The translations under genes were made by a program, and so were the position numbers. A stretch of 64,000 nt of DNA, from contig CM119263.1 in NCBI GenBank assembly GCA_051294375.1, forward strand, positions 22,656,833 to 22,720,832, in the 5' to 3' direction. The notes under the pieces were generated by a model. The model made no database searches and was not told the origin of the DNA. It saw only the letters and a program-made list of their open reading frames with translations. This document shows, one piece after another, positions 54,695 to 64,000 of this stretch (the first letter of the stretch is position 1; each line of letters begins with the position of its first letter). This DNA is from Paraspadella gotoi (Eukaryota; Animalia; Chaetognatha).

Positions 54695-56500
54695 TATCAG
54701 ATCACCAAACCACGATAACTACAGTTGCAAACGAAAGATTCCAGAATCTGGACGTCTGGATTCATTTTTCTGTTTTCGCTTCTCCAAACAGAGCCTGTCA
54801 ATGCGCGTTGTAATACGGTCGTTAAACTCGTCCACCAGAGTTTCGTACCATTAAAAATGACAAAACATACATATGACATTAATAAAATAAATTAGATTGA
54901 TAAAGATGATGTTTAATCATAAAAATTAAACATCTTTCAAATTGACCTGTACTTACACTGGCTAAGTATATCGGTACATTTCCGTTCTGGTTATGTCGTT
55001 CCCTCGTGCCCCCTCCTTCAAATAGTTTTCTCCCAACCAATGCCTGCTTGACCTGTAAAAAATCTTGTCAATTTGAGAACAGTTTGACATCCCTTTAAAT
55101 TTGTCAAAGTTGTCGTCAAACCCTCTGTATCAACTTATACCTTGTGAACGGAGAGAACCCTGCTCAGTAGACGCTGTCCTCGCCAGCTCGCACATCAATC
55201 GCAGAGAGAGAGCTTCCAGAACTTGGAGAAAAGGTATGGCGATGCAAATAATGCTACTCACTCCATGAAGCAGGTTCCTGTAGTGACAGTGAAACGTAAC
55301 GCGTCGTCCTTGACAGCGGACTGACGTGAGCTCTCGCGGTCGCGAGATGGATCCCTCGGCAAGGGATTCAGCCAAAAAGTGTAGTTGAGGAAAACAGCCG
55401 AATTGTTGGAAAGTAAGGAAACATGGCGGAGAGTCCCGATTGCCGCAAGATAGTAGAGATTCACTGATAAGAAACGTAAGGAGCGTTGACCGTTACAACA
55501 CTAACGGCCTAAACAGACCATTCTTATTTTCGCTAATCGTCGTGTCCAACTGCAATACGGGCCGACTTCCTGAGCAAGAGACCAGTGTAGAGATGTGATA
55601 CGCCCAAAAAATAAGAAAGCAAATGACCTCGTCCAACGAGGTATGCACCGGCCGGCTTCTCCCAATGCGGGCGAAGACGAGCTGTGTTCATAGCCCACGC
55701 AGCGGCCGAAACTGGTTCACCAGTAACCTAAGCCGAAGATTGGCGTACATGAACTTAATACAAGTACCCGTAGTCGTCGTAAGGTGGGGTCGTTCTCGTC
55801 CGTGGCTCCCGTCCAATCCGAAAATAATAGGGAGAAATGGAGTAAGAGAAGAGAATAATTTGGCGATACAACGACTTTGCATAAGTTTCTGCGAACTGCG
55901 GCAGAGCGAATCCTTGTCGAACCAGAAAGGAAGATCGGTTTTGATTCGCGAAATGTCGATTCGACCAGAATCGAATCCTGTGACCCTATTGCCAACAAAA
56001 AACTTGATCTTCCCGAAGATCGGGATGGAAACTTGTGAGATCCAAAGCCTTCCCATCCCTCTATCCAACGGCCACTCGTAAAACAGATTCTCACCCTACT
56101 TTGACGGGTCGTTTCAAACCCTGTAAATTCAAATCGTGATTGAAGCGAAAGATATCGCCTGACCGGAAAACGGAAAGCAAGAGTTATAGTATTATGCACT
56201 GATAGGATATTCAGTATTAGTATTACAGCCCATACTTACCTATAGCCGTTGAAGTGAACATTGAATGAGTCCAAACGTTGTTGCTCCGCCAGTTGTCACT
56301 CCTTGTGATCGACAGCCCACTTCTGCAAGCTTGTCCCACTCGTGAATAGATACAACTGAACCCTAAATATAGACAAGCGAGTACTCGTTTAACAGAAAAC
56401 AAGGACTTTCTGCGCTCATTTAACAATATTCTATATCTATCAATTCGTGACATGACTCACCAACATACATATTATAAAAAAGTAATATCGAGTAATACCG
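54695..56500 (-). CDS. Fragments of an unidentified multi-exon gene, possibly beta-propeller-like
   Basis: Canonical introns 56363-56460 (GTGAGT..TTTAG) and 56159-56239 (GTAAGT..TCAG) flank an exon reading VQLYLFTSGTSLQKWAVD. Further stretches are DLTSFHPDLREDQVF, GEPVSAAAW and YETLVDEFNDRITTRIDRLCLEK. The fold guess is weak. Confidence 0.5.
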
Positions 56501-56642
56501 TCGATAAACTAACTCTACACTCCTCAACCGTACTTATAACATAATAATCCATATCCTTAATAATAAGTGAGCTTACAACATGGCAACAGCAGTTGGCCAG
56601 ATATAACTCTCTCCTCCNNNNNNNNNNNNNNNNNNNNNNNNN

Positions 56643-56674
<32 letters not shown>

Positions 56675-56678
<4 letters not shown>

Positions 56679-59600
56679 AAAAGCGAGTGGCAGATACGAC
56701 GGGATTCAACTCGCGTCTCTCTTTCCTCTAATTAGGAAAAAAGTCTTAATTTTCGAGACAGAGTCAAAGAAAAAAAATTGAGGAAAAAAAGGAAGTGGGT
56801 TCCGCCCGCCAGTTAACCTCGATTAGAACCCGAGCTCATCTGCCAAAAGACTTGAGAGTGACGACTGTAGGAAAAAGAAAAGAAAGAAAAAAAGAAAGAA
56901 AGAAAAGAAAGAAAGAAAAGAAAGAAAAGAAAGAAAGAAAGAAAAGAAAGGAAAGATAAGAAGGAAAAGAAAGAAGGGAAAGAAAGAAGGAAAGAAAGAA
57001 GAAAGAAAGAAGAAAGAGGAGAACAAAACGAGAGGAAAAAAAAGAAAGAAAGAAAAGAAAAGAAAGGAAAGAAAGATAAGAAAGAAAATAAAGAAAGAAA
57101 GAAAGAAAGAGAAAAAAACAGTATATAGAGGAATCACAGAAGTGACAGAGCGAACATTATCTTTATCCTTGATTCCAACTACTGGTTCTCAGGCGTTATC
57201 GATGGCGGGCGAATTCGTTCGTGTGGTCAGCCGTCATCAAAGAACCGACTTGCTTCAGTCGTCGTCGTCGTTCGACGCCACCATATCTTCAAGGGAGTTA
57301 ATTACTAGTTAACAAGTTCGGTAAAACTTTGTAACTTTACTCAAAGTTTGTGACATCTTTTTATCGAAATCTCTTTTTATTTTTAAACTTATTCGGACAT
57401 CCGGTTAATCTAGTTTATTCTATTAATCATAAAACGGCCTCTTAGAGATCTGATGTGGGACAACCCTTATTCGAACTGTTTATAAATATGTCCAAGTTAC
57501 TATTAAAACAGATCCGGAGTTCCGACTGGAGCGTCCATCGGCGCCGACGAGGTTGTTGCGGCGACAGAGGGCGAGGAAATCGTCTTCCGCTGCGTCGCCG
57601 AGAGTGCCAACGGAAAGTCTCGGGGATCCCAAGGTCGGGGTCGCATTTCTCGATATTCTTAAGCCGTGAAAATTTAAATGAATCTTTCACTTAGTTTTTC
57701 TTCTTTCGCCTAATTTGATATTTGCGAGTGTTTACAAAACAAAAACTGAGAGAAATATTAATATTTATTTAAATTAAAGTTTACGCCATCGAGGTAAGAA
57801 AGGAAAGTGCTTGAAACTCGGTAAATACTTTAATGTTATGCCTCCGATAATACTTGTACGTACGCCACTATGAGTTGAGAGAGAGGGAGAGAGAGAGAAG
57901 AGAGAGAGGAGAGAGAGAGAGAGAAGAAGACAGTGAGCAGAGAGAGAAAAGAGAAAAGATCGAGGAGAGAGAAGCATGTGGCGACGGCAAAAGCCTCCAA
58001 CCGGAGACACCCTCGCGCGGGGGGTTTGCTAACTCGATACAAAGAGTCCATCTGGGGAAAATCAAGAACTTTAGAAAAGAACAAGAGAGAGACGGGTAAT
58101 GAGATGGAAAAAAGGAAGGGCTCAGAGACAGGAATAACTGAGGGACAATCGGAACGCAGAGGACTCAACCAGCGAGCCCCCCGATCAGGCTCAACCTCGA
58201 GGACATAACACGCTTAAAGAATTACCATTTTTACTTGAACTGTTGAACCTACTGATTGCTTGAATGTTTTTAAGACACCACATAGGGAACAATGAAAGAA
58301 GGTATGATATCATCATTCCGTTATCAAACAAGGGCATTCTGGGGAAAGGGAATTTTTAGGCTGAGGCAAGAGTTATTAACATTGAACAATTACCAAATAG
58401 CTTATTTTATTCGATTCTTCAAATATTTCCCATATCAGGTAATTGCGGAATATCAACCACAAATATGAAATAATAAAAACACCTTTACCCGTGCATTAAT
58501 AAATAGTCATACCAAATACTATATAGTGGTATAAATATATACTTTTAGTCTGATCTGATGTATTGGTTTAGTATTTAATGCAAGTTCGAACCCTTACAAT
58601 CCCTAAAGAAAAATTATTCCGGTTGTTACCACAGATAAACAATCATGATTCAAATCGGGTTTGCCGAATTGAAGCGGTCGACCCGCCCCTCTGACAATTT
58701 TAGGATAATAAAAAAGCGCGTCCTTTACGCAAGCCCTCCAGCCTTTGATATCATTCGAATTGTTAAAAAGGCCGGTTTATATATGAGATTCAACCAGAAT
58801 ATAAACTCTGGTTGGCCCAACAAGTCGCACTCTTTTTTAAACTTTTAAATTTATTATTTTTTTTTTTACATTTTCAGTCGTTCGGTCCACAACAGTCGCA
58901 GTTCCCCAGATATTAACAACCGCTATTTATTTATCCTCTTTAATTTTCAATCGATGGAATAGAAATAAGGAACTTTCAATTTGGTGTTTAGATTCAGATT
59001 TTCATCGTAGACCCCTGTAATTTGAAACCAATTTTAATGTAATTCAAGGAAAATAGTGGATACTTATATATTTAATAAAATAATTATCGAAGGCTGCCAG
59101 AATTCTGACTGAAGGAGGCAAATAGTAAACAATTAATTTATGGAAAATACACTTTGCAATTGTATCGATCATTCTCTTTCGTTCATTTAGTTTTAGTTAT
59201 TTATTCCTTCCCTTTCGTCAGGCCGGAGGTTCCCCCGTGCAGCCGTCCCTTCCACAGTGGAATACTCCGACAAACTCACACCTTTACTTCAACAACAATC
59301 GAGTGAACGGACTGCGAACCACGAGCGCAAACAGGCCAAATCTACCGAAGCTGCGTGAGGTGGCGCTGCCGTTCCAGATCACAACAAAACGCAATCCAAT
59401 GTCGCGTTCATAGCATCCCTTTGCCGGAGGCCCTGCCACTCTCGCTGCGCTCATTCGGCTTTTTTTGAAAGATATGTTAAAAAAAATCAATAGTTTTTCA
59501 AATAAGATCAGAAAAAGAAAGCAAAGAAATAAAGAAAAGTTAATAATGATAAAAAGAAAGAAGAAAGAAAACAAGAAAAAAAAGAAAAGTAAAAGAATAG

Positions 59601-62600
59601 ACAAGAAAAAGGAAAGAAAGAAACAACTAACAAGCAAACAAAACCAAAGAAGAAAAAAAATAGAAAAAAATTTAACCACATAGAAAAAAAAAATACAAGG
59701 GGAAAATTCAATCAATTGCATGCATATAAAACGTACGACAGTTTCCTCGCGCGCCTTATGAGCTGCCCGCAACGCGACTTCGTGACGCCCGATACATCGT
59801 ACCCTGCGCTGCATCCTCGGCGCGAATCCGAGACGCCGCTTTGCGATCTATCGCGCTGCTATGATCATCTTGTGAGACGATTACAACCAGTGAAATATCT
59901 AGATTAACCAAGATACACCTCTTATACGATGAAAATCACAACAATGATTAATATGTTGATATTATCCTTTCGCTTACGTTCGGAATGCGTACTTATTTTT
60001 GTTTGGTCTATGACAAGGAAACTCGATGTCCTCGACAAGAACCAGCCACTCCCCCACCCGATCGTTCCAACGACTTTCCCGTCGACCCCTCGTGGCTCGG
60101 ATAAACTCGCCCTCGTCTTTCCCATACTTTTGCCGAAGTCGACCAAGTTTCAACGAAAACAAAATTTCAGTGAGAAACTCATACTCTAATAATATTAATA
60201 GTATATAGAACATCAAAATAAAGCAAAATCGGACCAAAAATAGAATTATTAATTTTTCCATCCGTATTCTTAAAAAAATCATTTTTTTGCGCGGTTCGAG
60301 GGCAAAACAATTAGAAAATATAATCAAATTATTAAACCAATCTTGAAAATGAAAAAATATTTTTTTTCCAATTTGAAATTTGGGAATAGTAACCAGATTT
60401 TTCATAATAAAACATAATTGTTTATGATATTGGGGACAAAAATGTCTTTATCCCTGACTGGCGGCGTCTCCCCATTGACAATTTGACAAATTTGGACAAT
60501 CCCTGACCTTCTTAAAATTCCTTGCACTATGAACAAGTACCTTTGTATGAAAAATATTAACTGCAAACAAACAAACTCTTAACAGACATTTTACTAATGG
60601 AGATTTCTAGGGCAACCTATTCAATGTCAAAGTCAAAAGCTACTTAAGCAAGTTAAAATATGTTCTTTTTACAATACTACAAAAGTGGTAACAAAAGCAT
60701 TCCAAAAATTATAAAATATAAAAACTTAAACATGTTCCAAAATAAATATGTAGCAGGCGACTAAATTCCGATACGTTGGAGACAGAAAAAAAGTGCTTCC
60801 TAAAATTAAAGTTAAATATTTAATTCAATTCAGCCAAGTCATTTAAATAAATCAAGTCGAAAGTCAGAACAATTAGAAACATGTCATAAACTGAATTGAC
60901 CCGGTCGACCTCCTTTTCGACGTCCTGTAGCCAGGATCCAGTAATCGTAGTTTATGGCAAAAGAGATTCATTGCACCGGACGTTATAGTATTTTTCGGCG
61001 CATACAAATACCATTCAGGAATCAACTGTCGGGTCTGACGAAAAAATTGAGAAAATTGTAGACCCCGGTATCGATGGACCAACGAAGTGGGGCACAGAAA
61101 GAAAGACAGATAAAATAAAATAAGAAAAAAAAAGACGAAAAAACCACTAACCTAATCTAAAGGAATTGAAAAACGTTCTCCTCATAGATCTGACTCGATG
61201 TATTTTCATGTTTCATGAGAAAGTGGAGGAAGCGTTTTTAATTTTTAAAATTCAAGTCTTCAACAAACGTGACAACATTAAACAATTACCAGCGAAGACG
61301 GGGAACTTAATCCGTTCTCGCGCGCATATTTCGGATATTCATTTTTCCTTAAAACAATTCTCAAAAAAAGCTATTACCTACTTACTCAGGTCGTCAGTAC
61401 TGACGATTATTTTGTACTAGATTATTCTTGAATCATGGTTATAATCCTTATTCCCGGTTTCCAATAATGATCATTAATTAGTTATTAACAAAAACTTACT
61501 AAAAGATACAAGACACGTCCTGGAATTGTTTCGAATAAAAACTGTCTTGAACCTCAACCGAAATGATATATCACAAAAGTCATGATCAGAAAAATTTCCG
61601 AACGGAAACCAATGCTTTAAAAAAAATGTTGAAACCCAATGATTACAATATCACCAGTTAGATAAAAAGAGAATCATGAAATAGATTAAACGATTAAATG
61701 CTGAATAAAAAAAGAAATACCTCGACCAATTCTTTGCATGCGAACCGTAAAACCACACTGGATCCTGCAGCGCGACCTCGTTCGCCGTGGAGTGGACAAT
61801 CCGGAGATCATTCCTTCACAGAGGCTTGATTAATTATCCGACACTTTTCTTAAAGAAGGGTTTTATTGCAAATACGAAGTTTGATAGAAGAAACTATTTC
61901 CTATATACCCATATTTCGATTTATCTTACCGTTAACCACTTAATCGAAAACGTCTGTCGCATCAAGCATTCTCTCTACTACCCGGACGCTCCTCAAGATA
62001 ATTCGTGAACGCGGTAGCATCGAGCCGAATACCGTTGCATCCCTAACGCATAGCTCATCAATTGGTCAAATTTTTTTCCACCACAGAAAAAACTAAAAAA
62101 AATGTTACGCTTCAACTTAAAACAGCATCAAAAAAATACATAGGAAATTTTTTTAATATAGTGCCGATTCAAGACGAAGTTTGAAATAATTTAATGACCG
62201 GCTACATATTTTTTAGATTACTTCATTAAATGAGAAAAGAAAGAATCAAAAAACAAAGATTAACTTCAACCATAGAAACATTTACAAAGGCGTGATTTAT
62301 TATCCCAAACCTAATAGCTATAAGAGCAACTCGCCCTTACAACGAACTAACTTTCAAAAACAATCTTGCACTAGCACATACCTTTCAGAGAGATTCGTAT
62401 TCAGCCAGCACGCTCCCTCCATGTTGAAGTGACCGAGAAAAACGTTGCAGAGACTAGAACCAAAATTTCGCCCATCGCGAACTGACTAAGTACCAAGGGA
62501 TTCCCTTCTTTTATAGGAAACGTCTCAGCGTTTCGGCCCTGGACCAAAGTCTCGAGGTAGGCACGACTTATTGGCTAACAAAATGTGTCACCTATAACGT

Positions 62601-64000
62601 CGATCTACTGCGAGAACTTTGGAACTTACTTATAAATCTTACTTTGTATTTAAGCGACACAAGACAAACTTTAGACAGGAATGTGAAACTTTAATTTGTA
62701 AAAGTTAGATATAAATCTCGTTTTTCCGTAAGAAAATATAAAAAAAGTTACTTTTCTCAATTTTAAGTTCCATAATTCTATCCCTTTTTCAGAGACACAA
62801 GTGAAAAACTATTTTATTCTATGCTAAACTCTTTCTCATAGTAGTTTGCCTTACTCCTTCCCTTCGATTCACTTCAGGCATAAAAACCTCCGTTTGACCG
62901 TTGCTCCGACCCCGTGTTCCGCGCGCGCGCTCCGCGGATTTCCAAACGGCGATCGATCCGGCGCGTTATCGTTCAATCAATCCGTCGATTTTACGTCTGC
63001 CCGACATCTTTGCTTGCCTCCGATGTTTGTCCGTCAAAACGATAAGCAGATCATCGTTGTGGGAGCAACATCTAAACCGTCGCGGTGCAACGCTATTGCG
63101 AACGCGGAGGTTTTTATCATGCTTCTCCTCTGCTTGCTTTCTTTCTCCGTTTTAGATTCGTGAATGCTCTTTGTCAACAGATCATTCATTCTTTTTTCCT
63201 GCCGCCAAATGTTCGGCCTTAATAGAAATTCCCAATCCAACGTCACATTTTTCACCGGAAACTACGGAAGTTTTAATTCGTCTTCAGGTGACTTTAGCGC
63301 CTCATCACGATTCGGCAAGGCCGGGTGACTCACCTCTTTCAACTCTCTAACAATCCAGTTTTATTTTCTTTGTGTGGGCCTCGCATAATAGTATTCCGAT
63401 ATTGATAAGTTTAATTTTGCAGTCATTTAATGGTCTTATCGCTTCTACTCAATGTACAACTCTACGAGCTGTCTATCAATCGTATTAAGACAAACGCCCT
63501 ACCAATCCTTAACATGACACATTCTCTCCGAGAAATCTACTCGTGACCCGTACCGAAAAGGAACGACGAATCAAGTTCTTACAAAATAACCCTCAAAATC
63601 ATATGGCATTTAACAAGACGAGACGAGAGTTGATTAAAACATCGACTTGAACAATGCTTTCCGGAGTCTTTGATCCGGTAAGCCCAAAGGTTTTAAAGCA
63701 AGCAGAAGCAATTAATTAAATAATTAATATAAACGTTTCAGTAATAATTATAATATTTTGTTTTCAGAAATCGAGCGAGAGCACTCAAGATGCCTTGGTC
63801 CTCCGTGCCGCAAAAACGAATATTCATATCTGTTTCTGTCCCTCTTTGCACCACCACCTTCTCATCATAGTCCATGATGAACGTTGAAGAAATTGAGGTG
63901 AAGATTATAACAGTTCATTATAAAATTTTAAACATATCTCTATAGTCCAAGAGATAATTTAAATATTCAAAATATGTTAGCAATAGTGCGCTATTGGAGC
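56675..64000 (+). repeat. Copy 2 of the direct duplication of 46065-~53710, starting after N gap 56618-56642
   Basis: Same collinear match as copy 1. Confidence 0.95.

Noticed and set aside
55130-55375. Resemblance of AEGSISRPRELTSVRCQG to the B9D1 C-terminus
   Set aside because: The short similarity is not supported by the upstream exons, which lack recognisable B9-domain motifs.

Overview
This is eukaryotic DNA, probably from an invertebrate draft scaffold. It has N gaps, many (AG)n/(CGT)n microsatellites, GT-AG introns, and long stretches with the dense 1-bp indels typical of unpolished long-read gap fill. Most ORFs in the track are microsatellite or chance ORFs. Two large duplications dominate: an inverted pair (10371-20631 vs 21010-34946) and a direct pair with a 10607-bp offset (46065-~53700 vs 56675-64000). 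Both are most likely haplotype/assembly artefacts, but the inverted pair allows an empty-versus-filled site comparison. That comparison shows a 4.7-kb CAC...GTG insertion (25787-30520) in a C/G homopolymer with a short target duplication. Its two ends carry a shared inverted GCCTCCAG box placed 17 vs 6 nt after the terminal 7-mer, an 11-bp asymmetry like the 12/23 RSS offset. Its CACAATG-starting left end is tandemly repeated about 30 times (71-bp unit). The window also holds spliced exons of a signal-peptide/Ig-domain receptor-like gene (FGFR/FGFRL1-like motifs), a clean hAT MITE, a second MITE-like inverted repeat, and fragments of three unidentified short-intron genes at 49-56.5 kb. All protein assignments are by eye and need database confirmation.
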